A stretch of DNA of 64,000 nucleotides from Sphaerodactylus townsendi (GCF_021028975.2 NC_059430.1:70246001-70310000), one strand, 5' to 3'. Positions 1 to 14,179 are shown, counted from the first letter of the stretch. A program made the numbers and translations. The notes: generated by a model not told the origin, from the sequence alone.

Positions 1-243
1 AGCACTCCTGACAGATGGCCATCCAGCCTCTCTTTAAAAACCTCCAAAGAAGGAGACTCCACCACACTCTGAGGTAGTTCATTCCACTGTCGAACCGCCC
101 TTACTGTCAGAACATTTTTCCTGATGTTTAGGTGGAATCTCTTTTCCTACACCTTGAATCCATTACTCCTTGCTCCCTCACCAACATGACATTCCTTCAA
201 ACATCTAAACATAGCGATCATGTCACTTCTTAACCTTCTCTTT
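1..243 (-). mobile_element. CR1 LINE, 3' part of ORF2/3' end fragment (runs off window)
   Basis: Typical reverse-strand CR1 3' sequence (gatggccatccagcctc...aaggagactccaccacactctgaggtag...ctgatgtttaggtggaatctc); recognised by motif. Confidence 0.75.
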
Positions 244-384
244 GAGCAGGTATTTGGTGGATGAATTAAACTGATTAGAGTTGTTCTGATTTTCAGTGTT
301 ATATTTTAATGAATTTTAAGACTTTAAACTCCTAATATTTCAAGGGTTGTTTTTTTTAGCCACTCCTGGTGGGGTTTTCAAATC

Positions 385-535
385 TAGAGATGTTCAGAGA
401 TGGTTTGCCATTTTCTGTCTCCATGTCATGACCCTGGTATTTCTTGGAGGTCTCCCATCCAAATACATGCCAGATTAACCCCTCTTAGTTTCCCAGATTC
501 AACAAAATCAGGCTAGCCTGGGCTATCCAGATCAG
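385..535 (-). mobile_element. 5S rRNA-derived SINE (SINE3-type) fragment
   Basis: Reverse complement reads ...ctgggaaactaagaggggttaatctggcatgtatttggatgggagacctcc..., a degenerate match to 5S rRNA (GGAAGCTAAGCAGGGTCGGGCCTGGTTAGTACTTGGATGGGAGACC), followed by non-5S body. Too diverged to be a 5S gene. Confidence 0.7.
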
Positions 536-984
536 TGTTACAAGCTAGGATGATAAAAACTGAAACAGAAATATGTCCATTTGGAGCCTTTGCCCCCTTC
601 TTATTTACTTCATTCTGTTATATTCGAAATAGCTTTAGCTTTACTATCTTAACTAACTCATTTCCCTAATGTTCTCCATGTTTTTGAAAGGATATAATTA
701 TATTTCTCTATTCATTGTTTACCTAAGCTTTGTGTTAATTTTTAAGCTTCTTTCCCGTCTGCCTCTTCTGAGTAATAAAGTTCATATTTCTGTTAGCCAT
801 GTTTTAAAAAGGGAGGGGTCCCTTGGCTTTCTGGATCTTGCATACTAAATATTTATTGATTGAAGTGGTTATTCAAAGCCACATTTTCAATATTTTCAGA
901 TGAATGTTGCAAGTTGAGGGCAACAACTGAAAAATTTCAGTGTTCATGATTTTTTTCAAAAACTAATTTAACCAGTATCGTACA

Positions 985-1187
985 CATGAAACTGTTATAT
1001 ACAGAATCAGACCCCTGTTCAATCAAAGTCAGCATTGTCTACTCAGACTGGCAGTGGCTTTCAAGGTCTCAGGTAGAGGTCTTTCATATCACCTTCCGCC
1101 TGATCCTTTCAACTGGACTGATCAAGGATTGAACTTGGGGCCTTCTATATGTCATGCAGATGCTCTGTCACTGAACCACAGCCCCTT
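985..1187 (-). mobile_element. tRNA-headed squamate SINE
   Basis: On the minus strand there is an A-box-like head (ggggctgtggttcagtgacagagcatctg) and a B box (caagttcaatcc). A related copy lies at about 55864-56005. Confidence 0.7.
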
Positions 1188-1493
1188 CCTGCCATTCTTT
1201 TTCATCTGCCATTTCCCCCCCCCACCCCATACATTCTTCTGTTTTGCAGCTGTGTCCTGTATGAAGCAGGCTTCCATACATATAACACAGTTCAATAAAT
1301 TAGAATTGTTAGGTTTGAATGTTTGAAATGGACACTGCAAATGTTATCATAATTTTCACTCCCAGCAAAGTAAGTTTGATTTAATTCTGATTGGATTCAT
1401 GCTTGCTAAGCATTTATGGTTAACCACGCAAGTACACACTATATATATGTTGGAATGAATGTAACCCAGTTTCCAATTTGAATCCAAACTCAT

Positions 1494-3022
1494 CAGGGAC
1501 ATAGGTATAGATTTTTTATGGGGGGGTTCAGGGGTGGGGCCACACCCCCACCCACCCCTAGGGCATGGCCACGCCTCCCCAAGCCCACCCCCGGCCTAGC
1601 ACTTATAAAAGCAGCTCTCCAAAGCTGGGGATGGCAGACTCCCCCACCCTTCCCTCCCCTGCCCCCCACCAGCTGGGCTCCCAACCAGCAGCCAGCAGTT
1701 CCTTCTGCCCTCCCCTCTGGGCAGAGGCATAGAGGGAAAATGGAGCCTGGTGCAAAATCTGAGTTTTGCGTCCCTCCCCCCCCCCTGGGCAGCCGCTGTG
1801 ATGCTGGAATCCACCCCCCCAAACAGCATCACTTTCAATGGTGTTTTAAAACTAGAGAGCCCAAATTCGCCTTTTAAATCCACCTTAAAGGGAAAATCTT
1901 GGGGGTCCCCAGTTAAACAACATTGAAAGTGATGCTGTTTGGGGGTAGATTATCATCCACCGTGAAACAGCATCACCCTCAATGTGGCGTAATGGTTAAG
2001 AGCAGGTGCATTCTAATCTGAGGAACCAGGTTTGATCTCTGCCTGCTCTGCTTTGAGCTGGGTGGACGCTTTATCTGGGGGAATTCAGGATTAGCCTGTG
2101 CACTCCCCATCATCACTAGCCAGCTGGGTGACCTTGGGCTAAGTTACACATCTTTTTTGAGCTCTCTCAGGCCCCAACCCACCTCACAGGGTGTTTGTTG
2201 TGAGGTGGGGGGAAGGTCAAGGGAGATTGTAAGCTCCCTCTTTAAGTCTCCTACAGGAGGGTAGAAAGGGAGGATATAAACCCAAACTCTTCTTCTTCTT
2301 TCTAAACTGAGGGACTTCAGATTCTCCCTTTAAATCCATGCTAGCAAGGGGGTGGATTTAAAAAGGAGAATCTGGATAAATTTGGGGGGTGCCTGCTGTC
2401 AGGGGTGCTATTGTTAAGCTGAAGCAGCACCAAAACTTTTAGGATATTCTTTTAAGAGATTCCTCCCACGATGATACCCACCCAGGTTTGGTTCAGAGGG
2501 TCCAAAGTTTTGGACCCTCAAACGTGTAGCCCCATCTCCTATTAGCTCCTATGGGAAACAATGGGGGATGGGGCACCCCCTTTGGGAGACCATAACTTTG
2601 GACCCCCTGGACCAAACTTCACAGAACCTGGGTGGTATCAGTAAGAGACTCTCCTGATGATACCTGCCCAGAGTTTCGTTAGGTTTTACAGCCTGGTGCT
2701 TAAAGTTAGTGGACCTCAAAGGTGTAGCCCCCATCTTCTATTAGCTCCTATTGGAAACAATGGAGGATGGGAGCACCCCCTTTGGGAGTCCATAACTTTG
2801 GACCCCCTGAACCAAGCCTCACCAAACCTGGGTAGTATCATCAGGAGAGTCCCCCAAACAATCCCTGAATGTTTGGTGCTGATAGCCTAAGCAATGCACC
2901 CCCTGCAGGCCAAAAACTGAAAAACACTAAAAATGTTTTAAAAACCCACAAACGGGTGGGCGGAGCTTCGGACATGAATGTGCGGGTTTGAACCCGAGAA
3001 CCCCCCTTTACCTATGTCCTTG
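1494..3022. mobile_element. Non-autonomous hAT DNA transposon, complete
   Basis: TIRs cagggacataggta / tacctatgtccttg (1 mismatch) and exact 8-bp TSD aaactcat (1486-1493, 3023-3030). Contains an internal ~200-bp duplication (~2500-2850) and a nested SINE. Confidence 0.9.
1984..2300 (+). mobile_element. Squam3-like tRNA SINE nested in hAT element
   Basis: Head gtggcgtaatggttaagagc, body ccagctgggtgaccttgggc, tail ggatataaacccaaactcttcttcttct; same family as 11556-11848. Confidence 0.8.
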
Positions 3023-3495
3023 AAACTCATACTAAAGCAGCCTGAGTGTAAGGAAATAGCCTCTCACTCCTAAAATCTATTGGCTTAGTTTCTACTCCTG
3101 ACTCAAGAAAATGTCCCCAGTCTTGGCAGTGAGCCACATGACCAATAGCTACAAATCTGTTAATTAAGCATCAAGATGCTTCTGCAAACTTGGAAGCAAT
3201 AATGAAAATCTGGTTAAAGTGCAGTCAGAAATAGAGTTTATTTCAGAGAAATAATACAATTATCTGGACTGGAGAATTAGTGAACTTTATCAATTTATTT
3301 ATTTATTTATTTATATTTCAAACTTATAGGCCGCCTCTTCCCCAAGGGGCTCAGAAATGTTAAGCATTTGCCATAATATCTAATACTAGAAGTCCACATA
3401 AACATCCAGTGATATGAATAATCTGAATGGTATTACAAGTTACTCCAGTCAAGGGTGAGAGATAAAAGTTTATTTTTCCTGCCCAGAGCCCTTTG

Positions 3496-3656
3496 NNNNN
3501 NNNNNNNNNNNNNNNNNNNNNNNNNNNNNNNNNNNNNNNNNNNNNNNNNNNNNNNNNNNNNNNNNNNNNNNNNNNNNNNNNNNNNNNNNNNNNNNNNNNN
3601 NNNNNNNNNNNNNNNNNNNNNNNNNNNNNNNNNNNNNNNNNNNNNNNNNNNNNNNN
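3496..3656. other. Assembly gap (N run)
   Basis: Run of N. Confidence 1.
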
Positions 3657-6600
3657 ATAGCTACCAATCCATTTAGTTCGAAGCAAAACTCAGTTCCCAT
3701 GGCAAGGGGCAGCAAATAATCTAAAAAGTTGTCTAAAGGGGGGGGAAGGGAGTGGAGACATTTTTCATGACTCTGTGATAGTTTCCGCAATGTCAAAATA
3801 TCCTGGTTGAGCAAGAAAAATATTCCTTTGCAGCCAAGAATTCCGCACAGTTCCCAGCCCTATAGCGGGTTTGCCCCACGATATTTCCCTCATCCCAGGG
3901 TATTCAAAAACCACCAAATTGGAGGTTCTTTTAAAAAACTGAGGTGAGCCTGCTACAGTGCAAACACCAATCAGGAGCAGGGCCAGTTTATTTTTCCCGC
4001 CCAGTTGCCTGATCTCCCCACCTGATGTTCATTCAAACTGCCACTCAAAAACAATAGCCAATCAGAATGTGGGACACCGGGCATGCTCAGAGATGCTTGT
4101 AGCTGCCACTGAAAAACAACAGTCAATCAGAACGCACAACACTGGGCATACTCAGATATGCTTCCAAAGTAAATAGAGGAGTTCCTCCTGGTCTTCACTG
4201 GATTTCTTCAAAAAATGGGCAGCCATGCGGACAAACATCTGGAATAAAATAGACCCAGGTTAAAAAAAACTGTGGTACACAGGTATAATTTTGCGGTGTG
4301 GAAACGACCTATAACAGGTGTGCCGTGGCTCATAAGACTGATGTAGTCCAAAGCAGACAAAAACTCACAGAAAATTCTACTAACTATGCTCCCAAATAAG
4401 GAAACAAGGGGGAGGTCATGGTAGACTGTGTTAAGCACATTCATCGAGAAATGTAAAATTTCTGGGAATTTTGGAGTAATAGGGGTAAAGTTTTTTGGTA
4501 AAAATTGAAAATATATTTTATTTAGATTTATACTCCCCCCCCCCCCCAGCATGCACACAGCAGGGCTCGGTGTGGCAACAAGTCAAATATACATTTAAAA
4601 TCAGGATCAATTAAAACAGACTGCACCCCATAAAATAGTAATTGATAATAAAAATGTCATAAGCTCCCAGCAGAGTTGACTCCCGAGGTTAACAGACCAT
4701 CCACAAAGTAAATAGGGTGATGTCCTCAACCATGTGCCAGGTCCTGCAGAGGCCTGCTCTTTTAAAACAGAACCACTAGCTATTCTCCCAAATAAGGAAC
4801 CAAAGGGGAGGTCTCTAGGTGGAAAAAAGGGTGTTTAGATGAGCAAGTCCAGATAATTTTTAATTATATAGTTGGGATATTCTGAACTGTTTGTGGGGAA
4901 TACAAATACCAGAACAATTCTTTGATTAGGATGCAATATAGCAGCATCCTTTTGCTGCTGAAACCATACTGATTAAGCAATGAGAGACTTTGATTATCAT
5001 ATTGCTCTGCAAGGCATTACTTCTCTCTGCAGTGGTCAGTAACTGTAATTATATTATTTATCCAGACTTTTCTCTCAAGAAAGATTCAGTGTTTTACAAA
5101 AAGAAAAATGCATGAAATACAAAAATATGTGCAACTGTCTACAATTTTTTAAAAATGAAACAGAACTACATAACACTAATCATTGCCCCAATTAATATAG
5201 TACTGCATACTCTGATGACTCTTCTACCTTTGTGTTAATGATCCAGAACTTGCTTATTGGTCCATACTTTGAGAGGAGAGAAGCTGATACTGTCAAAATA
5301 GGGGATATGAGAGTTGAAACATAATGGAGGCTTGTTGACTGGACTTACACGACTAATACTTCAAATCAGATATTCAGAAGAAAGAAACTCATTAAACAAG
5401 ATGATGTATGAACTTAGAAATTTCTTGAATAATGGTAGGCTATATGTGACGTGAATATTATGTTGCATACTGTTTTGCATTTCTGTGTAAGGGCAGTTTA
5501 GCTATAGAGCTGGATATGGCAAATAGCCAAGCTTAAAGTTTCACTACTGTCTTCTCTTTGGCTCAGTAGACTATAGGCAAAACCAATGACAGATCCAGAA
5601 GTGATACTATGCGTACATACTTTGGTAGTCTTCAGCCCTTGGATCAGAATGCTGAGGTAGAATACAGAACCCTACCCGCTTGGTTACCAGTCCCTCTACA
5701 ACTGGTATTTTATTGCCTTTTTAAAAGAGTTATTGCTGGTGCATGTATGTAGAGAGCCAAGGTGATTAAGTGTTTCTATTTGTGTGCCTCCTGAAAAGAG
5801 CAGTTGAATGGTGAGATGATCAGTGGTATAGAACATTCCTCCATGAGTCTGACCTTTGGTTTGCTTTTTTCTGAAGTCCACCTCCTTGCGTCTGGCTGGT
5901 ATTTCTTGTCTCCAGCTATCTTGGTATTCTGCCAACAGTCCCAACTTGACACTGGTGAGATCGTAACTGTAGCTCCTATTTGCTGGTCACATGACTCTGA
6001 TGCAATGTATTTGCAGTTCAGGGGTTCAGCATCTGAAAGGGCTGAAGACCCCTGTACTATGAAATGCATTGCTGAGCCACTGTCTCACACTTTTAGGCAC
6101 ATTTAACAGAAAGGCTGGCCACCACTTGTTTTCCTCTGTGAAATGATATCGGTATTTGGTTTGTTTTTCTCTTTCAAGTCTGTTCAACTTAATGCAATTT
6201 CACTTGTCTTAAGGTAGAACAAATATCTCCCATTTTCCCAAAACTTGTTTTGTCTTGCCTATATGAATGCGCAAGTTATAATTTCCAAACTGAACTACTT
6301 CCCCTGTTTTGTTTATAAATGATATTCCATATGGTAGAATGGATCTATATCATGAATATGTTATATTTGTAATGAACAATTTGTTCACTCATAAGTTTGT
6401 TATTCTACTTTGAGGAATCTGAATATTAAAATGTAGATAACCACTGATGTCTAGAAATAAAAAGTCATAAGGTGTGTTGTCTTGCTGCTTGAGATCATGA
6501 AAAACCCATTTTCTTTGTGGAAAAAAAGCTTTCTAATAATGAAGTCTTTTAGGAAGTCAGTACATATGAAAGATGTATTGGAATAGTTGAATTTTGAAAT

Positions 6601-7214
6601 AGAAAAAGCCCATTTTTAAAAATAGAATCCCATTCCAAATGCCTCTAGTTGTCTTTTAAAGCAAACATATGTAGTAAGAAATTGGTCTTGTACAAACCCA
6701 AAAGTGTTAAATAGCCACCAGGTGGAACATTCCACCAGACAGCTGTCCAATCCTACTACAGTATTACTTGAACCTGTAAAATAATTGCTAGATCAATCAG
6801 ACTTTATACTACTAGTGTTAATAATTGTGAAAGTAGGCATATCACTCTACTGGAAAGACATAACAAAAATCCTATAAAACAGGGTCAGTTCTCCCCAGTC
6901 TTGCTGCTTTTAAGAACATGCAAACAAAAGTATTGTGGGGAGAAAGTAAAACATTGAAAGAAATTCTCATCATGTCAGGAACACATTATTTGGAGTAGAA
7001 ACATAGCTGTATTCAGATGGAGAGAGAATACATAGACCATAAACCTCATAATGTATATGGCGTTGCAGGGTTGTTTAATGGTGAGGGTGTCTGACTAGAT
7101 CTCAGGAATGGTTGAGTTGAAATTCCCTCTCAGCCATGAACTTGTCTGGTTAATCTTGGGCTAGCCACACTCTCAGACAAACTCATTGGAGAAAAATATT
7201 GATCTTTCCGCTAT

Positions 7215-7355
7215 GGCTCATTCCGCACATGCAGAATAATGCACTTTCAAACTGCTTTCAGTGCTCTTTGAAGCTGTGTGGAATAGTAAAATCCACTTGC
7301 AAACAGTTGTGAAAGTGGTTTGAAAATGCATTATTTTGTGTGTGCGGAAGGGGCC
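7215..7355. mobile_element. Short palindromic MITE (PIF/Harbinger-like)
   Basis: TIRs ggctcattccgcacatgcagaataatgca / tgcattattttgtgtgtgcggaaggggcc; a second copy in opposite orientation lies at 22330-22470. Confidence 0.75.
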
Positions 7356-9168
7356 TCAGAGGCATATCAGAGGGAAATGGTGCCTGGAGACAACGCCTTC
7401 TCTGGGTGCCCCCCACCCCCGGTCTCCATGCAGACTGGCAGGGCCTGGGGAGGGCAAAAGACTCAACAAAGAGAATAAAGAGAAATAGGATCCTTCTAAA
7501 AGAAAAGGCAGGGACAATAAAGACACAAAAATCTAGGCAAAAATGGTAGCCAGAAATTTCTTTTAGAGGGAAAAGATTGGAAGGAAATGAAGATACAAAT
7601 ATACTGCCCTTCACTGTAATGAAAGAGCTTTTTTTAAAAAAAGAAAAAGACAAAGGGAAAGCAAATAGCAAATTTGGGAATGGCATGAAGAAATGAAGCT
7701 AAATTAATTTAAAAGCTGGTTAAAATTGTTTTCACGTGGGATATAGTGACAAGGATTTAGGAAAAAGCAAATTAAAGCTAAGACAAGTGAAGGCAAACTG
7801 GAAGGGAATGAGAGACAAGTTCAGATGGGGGGGGGGCAGAACAAAAATCTTCAGATCTTAAGAAATGACTGCTTCCTGTGTATAAAAAAAGGGAAATGAA
7901 GTCCAGTGATTGGAGGTTGAAGAGAAAGATGGAAAGGATTAATTGAAGCCTCCTGCAGGGTTATACAAAAAGCTTTGGTGGGACAAAACATTTTGATGGC
8001 TCTTACCTTGTTTTACCCCCATTAAGAAAATTGCCAGAGAGAAACCCACAGGCATTTCACACTGTTTAAAATAGATCTTTTCCATTTTTTTTCTCCTCAT
8101 CGGTCTCATCTGTTCTTACTGCAATTCTTGTCACCTTCTTCAATGTCAGCAGCTGCTGTTGCATCAGCCTTTTCTCCACTACTCATGGATCGGCATGGGT
8201 GGGTAGGAAGGCAACCTCACTGAGTGGTGATCAAGTGGTAAACAAAGCTACAGCCTCTCCTATGGTCCTCCACAGTTATGGAGCCCCTAACTGGTTAACC
8301 ACCCACCTGTCTTTCATTTTATAATGGTAGCACATGGTGCTGTTGCTTCCAGATAGCCGGTTTGACAAAACATGCTCATCAAAAAGTTGCTGAGAAGACT
8401 TGTGGAATGCTGCAATACAAAAATGTTAAGAACTTCAGGTTCTTAACATTTTGGTAGCAGAGAGGTTAAACTGCAGAGAAAATAGCCACATTGTGAGACA
8501 GCTGAACTCCAGTGGTGCAATTAGGTAAAGTGTTTTTGGACATGGAAGGTGGCTAAAGCCTTGCGGGACAGTGGCAGTGGGATGGATGAATGAATGAGAA
8601 AGTGCTAGGTATCGAATGAGATGAATAGAGCTATACCTTCTTGACCATCATGATGCTTCCCTTCTTTGCTCAGGTGATATCACCTTGATTCACATCAGTG
8701 GTTGGAGGCAGGTGTAATGACTCCTTCAATTCATAGCCATGCCTTGTTCTAGAAGGCTGAAAGAGTCTGCCATGGTAGCATCCCAGGCTACCTATCTTTT
8801 GGTCTGGAGATTAACAGTCCTGTGGGCAACAGTCCAGCTGATTTTCAGCCTTTTCTGCTTTGTGGAATTGTACCTTCGTCTCTCAGAGCGATGTCGTAGT
8901 ACATTTACTATCATCCTTGTTCTGAGGGTTTTAACAACTTATACCTTTCTATAAAACCTCCAGTACCACAGTGAAGTTTACCTTTTGATTTTCAACTTGC
9001 TTATAAAATGTTTGCACATTTAGCATTTTGTGAATTGTCTTTCCTGTCCCACAAGACTGCATTTCTGGTGGCAATCACTTCAGCATGCGACATAGGGGAA
9101 CTTTGTGCTCTGTGCTGTGACCCCTCCCCTTCCTTTACCAAATTTTACCTGGACAAAATAGTCTTGCA

Positions 9169-9837
9169 TAGGGTTGAACTCCAATAAAAATTATCAGAAA
9201 ATTTTGGTTCCAGTTTTTTTAACCTGGATATTTTTGGGAAAGCCTAATAAAGCCAATATTTAACTGTCCCTATCTCCAACTGTGCTTTCCAAGCCCCTCA
9301 AGGCAGAGGACAGATCTCTGAAGTACACTGAGCTGACTCAGGGCAGCTTGGAGATCTAAGCATCCCTACCCTTGGCTGAAGTTGGGAGACAGCTCTCCAA
9401 GCCGTGCTGAGCTTGCTTTCAGGGGGATAGATTCCCCCTGGCTTTCAGGGGGATAGATTCTCTATGTGGGACTGAGCTAGCTCAGCGCCACATGCAGGAT
9501 CTGGCTGACTTATCCCCCACTAATGCTCTTGAAGTGCTGCAGGGCTAGATCCTGCAGGGGATAGATCCTGCATGTGGTGCTAAGCTAGCTCAGTGTCATG
9601 TGGAGATCTCTCTCTCTCCCTCCTCTGCTCTGCTGGGTACCAAGCCAATGTCTGCTTGGAAAATGGCAGCAAAGGGGAGGGAATTTAAAATGTTACTCGA
9701 CTTTTCAAATACACCTGGGTTTTTTTGTCAGTGTAAGAACCACCACCCCCTCCACCCCGCAAACATGGCTGTGCGTGCGTGCGTGCGTGCGTCTGTGAGA
9801 GATAGATAGATTCAGGTTTATCAAATCACCAAACCTG
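9169..9837. mobile_element. Non-autonomous hAT element inserted in DIRS YR
   Basis: Exact 8-bp TSD gtcttgca (9161-9168, 9838-9845); termini tagggttg / caaacctg; the YR sequence resumes after it. Confidence 0.8.
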
Positions 9838-10027
9838 GTCTTGCATCTCAGTATGGAGTTTCTTCTCAAAGTAGACTACAGATTCCACCTAGCACTGGAC
9901 ATAGTCCTGTCAGTGTTCTTTCCAGCTCCTCAAACATTGACTGAATCAACCTTGCACATGTTAGATGTTAGAAGAGTGCTCCTGATTTATTTATGGAGTA
10001 TGAAGATTTTTAGATAGGACAGTAATC

Positions 10028-10271
10028 TAGGGATGTCAGCCTCCAGGTAGGACCTGGAATTTCCTGGAATTACAGCTCATCTCCAGACTACTGAGATCAG
10101 TTCCTTTGGAGAAAATAGATGCTTTGGAAGGCAGACTCTTTGGCATTGTATTCCATTGAAGTCCCTGTCCTCCCGAGACTGCACCCTGAAATCTCCAGGA
10201 ATTTCACATCCTGGAGTTGGAAACCCTGTACCTCCTCCCAGCCAGTGGCCAGGAGGTACCTGGCAACCCTA
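10028..10271. mobile_element. hAT MITE (TAGGGTTGCCA-type TIR)
   Basis: Termini tagggatgtcag / ctggcaacccta; TSD cagtaatc / cagtaacc (1 mismatch). Confidence 0.8.
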
Positions 10272-11197
10272 CAGTAACCCTTTCTTATGCTTTAGAGATC
10301 AGAAAATGGTCACAGCATTTTCATCGCAGACACTTTCTGAATGGCCTCCACAGTGAAGCTAGCTCATGAATATGCTAAAAGAGAATGTCCCCTTCTTCTC
10401 AAAGCTCACTCTACCAGAGTTCAAGCATCCTTCACCATTTCCCTCTCCAATATCAACCATTTCCCCCTCCAATTAAAAAGCGAGACATCTGCAAAGCTGT
10501 GACTTGATTGTCTGCTTTCCAATTTGTGAAGCATTACCCTATTGATGTGAATTCCATGTAGGGAGAGCAGTGTTATGGTCACTTTTCTGATGAACAGCTC
10601 ACTGCCAGCCCCTCGGTAAGTGAGCTTGCTACTCTTCCGGGTTGAACTGTACAGAAGACATGACAGTGAAAACAAGGTTGCGCTTACTTGTAAGTGTTGT
10701 TCATCAAGTGTCTTTTGTACTGGCTCACATGCATCCTGCATTTCCCCACTGCAGATGTTTTGGTTTTACTCCCTGGATCTGTCTTCTCCATGGAAGAACT
10801 AAGGGAGGGATGTTCTCTCAGCCTCCATGTTTAGGTGGGAAAATGTCCAACTGGAGACAGAGGAAAGGGGGAAACATTCCAAGCTTCTAGAAAGTCTAGT
10901 GTAGTCTTGCGTCTAGCCTGTTCCTTTGCAACCCACACATGCCTGCACAGAATATACTTCATGAGCAAAAATTATAGTTAAATGCAACCTTGTTAAACCA
11001 GCTTGTTTTGTTTGACATTTTTCCTTTGCAAGGAACAGTCCCTTGCACAAGAGATGCTCTCAAGTAGGCAGAGAATTTCAAGTTCACTTCAGGTAAGTAG
11101 GGAATGTCCAGAGGTTGAAAAAAACCCCACTTATCTGACACAGCCACTTCCCAGGATAGGAAGGTGAGCTGCTTCTGTAAATATTCTGGTCTAATTA

Positions 11198-12467
11198 CCG
11201 TGTATACTCATGTATAAGTCGACTTTTTCAGCACATTTTTAATACTGAAAAAGCCTTCCTTGGCTTATATTCGGGTCTTATACTCAAATATATACGGTAT
11301 TTATATACAACTGTATGTGCTGTAGCTGAAGCTCCCCATTAGGGGGAGAAAGAGCTTAGATTTTCCATATAAGGAAGAAAAGGCTCCATTTCCTCAGAAT
11401 TGTTAAGAGGCCAGAGTTCAGTTGTTATGAACTGTATTTGCATATTTCAGGGCTACCCTTGAAGGGTTGACATTAAGGAGAGAGGGCTCAGAAAAGAACA
11501 GTGAAGCTGCAAGTCTATCAATAGTGCCACAGGACACAGCTAGAGAGAACTGTAAAGAAGAAGAAGAAGAGTTTGGATTTATATCCCCGCTTTCTCTCCT
11601 ATAGGGGCTTACAATCTCCTTGCCCTTCCCCCCTCACAACAAACACCCTGTGAGGTAGGTGGGGCTGAGAGAGCTCCGCGAAGCTGTGACTAGCCCAAGG
11701 TCACCCAGCTAGCGTGTGTGGGAGTGTACAGGCTAATCTGAATTCCCCAGATAAGCCTCCACAGCTCAGGCGGCAGAGCTGGGAATCAAACCCGGTTCCT
11801 CCAGATTAGATACATGAGCTCTTAACCTCCTATGCCACTGCTGCTCCCGGACTGAGACCCTGCTAGTCTGTTTTGCATAGCAGGCCAGAACTATTATATG
11901 TTGATTATTGTTTCTGTATTGGTTTGCCATATTTCATTGTTATCCTGCACACTATTGTTTATGAAACGGAAAACAGATTTAAAGTTTCTTTTGTTGTAAG
12001 TTTGGTGAATGTTAAGGGTCACAAGGTGGGATCACACTGTCAAAGACTTGAACTCCTTTTCCATTTCTGATAATATCCCTCTTAAAATCTAAGTTGGGTT
12101 ACATTTGAACATACAGCTGATGAGGAGGAATCCAGTTTTGAAGGATTTTAACTCTTATGTTTTAGCTTGGTTGCTGATTGAGCTAAGGTTTTTGTACTTT
12201 TAAAGTTATTGTTGAGACCATATTGTTTTTGTTGACCCTCTTTTCCACTTACAGAGCTAGTTTACTGTTTTTCTTTGAAATAAATATTCAAAAACATTTA
12301 ACCTACTGATGCCTCAATTAATGTAATTTTATTGGTATTTATTTTTATTTTTGAAATTTACCAGTAGTTAGACTTATACTCGAGTCAATAAGTTTTCCCA
12401 GGTTTTTTGTGGTAAAATTAGGTGCCTCGGCTTATATTCAGGTCGTTTTATACTCGAGTATATACGG
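11198..12467. mobile_element. Tc1/mariner-superfamily (Tc2/Tigger-like) non-autonomous element(s)
   Basis: TA-flanked TIRs ccgtgtatactcatgtataag / ttatactcgagtatatacgg. An additional right-TIR copy ends at 11297, so this may be two nested or adjacent copies. Confidence 0.7.
11556..11848 (-). mobile_element. Squam3-like tRNA SINE, near full length
   Basis: (AAG)n tail, then gagtttggatttatatcccc...gggaatcaaacccggttcc...cttaacctcctatgccactgctgctcc. Confidence 0.85.
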
Positions 12468-14179
12468 TAGTTCATTTTTTAAAATATAAGGCTAGCTACT
12501 CTGAAAATTCTCCCCCAAAGCTGGTACAGTTAAAGTAATTGTGGATTGCTCCCTTACATTCGATTGATAGGATCATGAGGTTCCAGTGAGTCTTACGGCA
12601 CTTTTTTAGAAAATGTTAGGTTATTGACAATAGCTAAAAGAGGATACCTGTAGTGATACTATATTCTACAGCATTTCTGAATATTTGGTTTTTATCATAG
12701 ATATGTCAGTTCCCCCTTCACACCTAATTCTGCGTGCTTTCTAAAAATGATAATAAGAATCCTTAATTAATACTGTGCTTAAGATAATTTAAAACAATGA
12801 TGATCACAGCTTTCTGAGATCATGTGTTCTAATTAATTGAACTTGACCAGCTCTGGTTACAGTGCAGATGAATTCATGCCACATTAATCCATACATTTTT
12901 TTTCTTCTCTCTTCATCTTCAAGTAGATTAGAACATAGTATTTTTGGTTTGTTTTTCTGTGCTCTTTTTTTAGTGACTCTGAAATTCTTATGTCTTTGTT
13001 ACCAAGTGCATGCAGTGCTGTGAACTGCTGATGTACTCAATTCTTATAGGAGCTTGCATAGGAAAGAGGTTATTTCAATTGCTTTATGTAGCTTTCCTTT
13101 TTGAAAAGTGTCACATTAAGTTTGACAATGCATTCCTTGTAAAAGAAAAACTAAGTCTTTATTTCCGTTTAAAGCATTTTAAGTGTTTATAAAGTGTATT
13201 TACATTAAAAATAATAAGAACCCCTTGAGCCATCCATGCTATTTCAGATGACAACAACCTTGCCCTATGTAAATATCTTTTTGTAAGGCGTTCATAACTC
13301 AGAGGCAAATGATACATACTCATGGATGGGCTTTGTAACTGATGGGAGGAAAGGGCATGAAGAACAGACACAGGGTAGGGTTGCTAAGTGTTGACAGCGC
13401 TGGGAGGCTGTTTTAGCCTTGCCAAACCTGCAGTCATGAGAGAAGAACAAGGTCACACTCAGTTAAATTTAAATGACTTGGGAGTATACGGAGTGGTAAA
13501 ATTGCTAGGGGTAGCAGTTCTTTTTCTTCTTTTACGATTCTTAGTGTACACATGGAAACTTCTCGTAGTATTAAAAAGGGGGTGGGGTGGGGTAAAGAAA
13601 TAGCAGTGTCATAATAGTCTATCACAACTGATCAAAAACAGCTCACTACCTCTGTCCATGTTTCTTGCTTGATAGATTTCCCACTGTGTATTAGTAATTC
13701 TGACAAACCAGTGTGCTTTAGGTAGTGAGCAGAAACTCAATATGATTGATATACAAGATTTCACTTGTAGCTAAAGAAAAGTTGTCCCAGCCACAATAGC
13801 ATTCATATATTACAAGAACAAAAACTGTGTTAAACTGCTGAGGAAATACCTTTAATAAAAAAGTACCTTTGACCTGCAGTATGGTATAATATGTGAGTAG
13901 CATCCTGATTGTACTGAAAGAGACTTCAGAAATCTAGGAAAACAAGAATTCTTTGTTATATCTCAGCTAGTACAACCTTTCACTCAATTTTCTCAAATTT
14001 TGTTTGTACTAAGGTGTTGCAATAGTGAGGCTTGTGTTTTGGATTCTGAGCTGTGTGCTGTGTGATAAGTATAGTATTACCTTTAAAGTCAGTGGGACAA
14101 TTCTGAAGCAACTAGTTGCTTACCCATGGATTTTAGATTTATTGTGAATAATTGTGTGTGTATATGCTTTCAAACTGAC

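Larger units (their letters stand above)
8600..10992 (+). mobile_element. DIRS1-like retrotransposon relic A (3' half: decayed tyrosine recombinase, ICR, right end), interrupted by two hAT MITEs
   Basis: Decayed YR peptides FLVAITSA..GEL.AL (~9062), LHMLDVRRVL (~9950), KAHSTR (~10400) and FVKHY (~10525). aggttgcgcttacttgtaag... (~10675) is inversely complementary to ...atagttaaatgcaacct (~10990). 5' boundary is approximate. Confidence 0.75.

Noticed and set aside
420-530. 5S rRNA gene
   Set aside because: Heavily diverged and fused to a SINE body; called as a 5S-derived SINE instead.
3830-4309. Harbinger-like MITE ending gcggtgtggaaacgacc
   Set aside because: Only one plausible terminus found; the partner may lie in the gap or be decayed.
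5696-6106. Possible RTE-type RT remnant (TTDHLTIQLL, SFKKA) on minus strand
   Set aside because: Similarity too weak to assert without a search.
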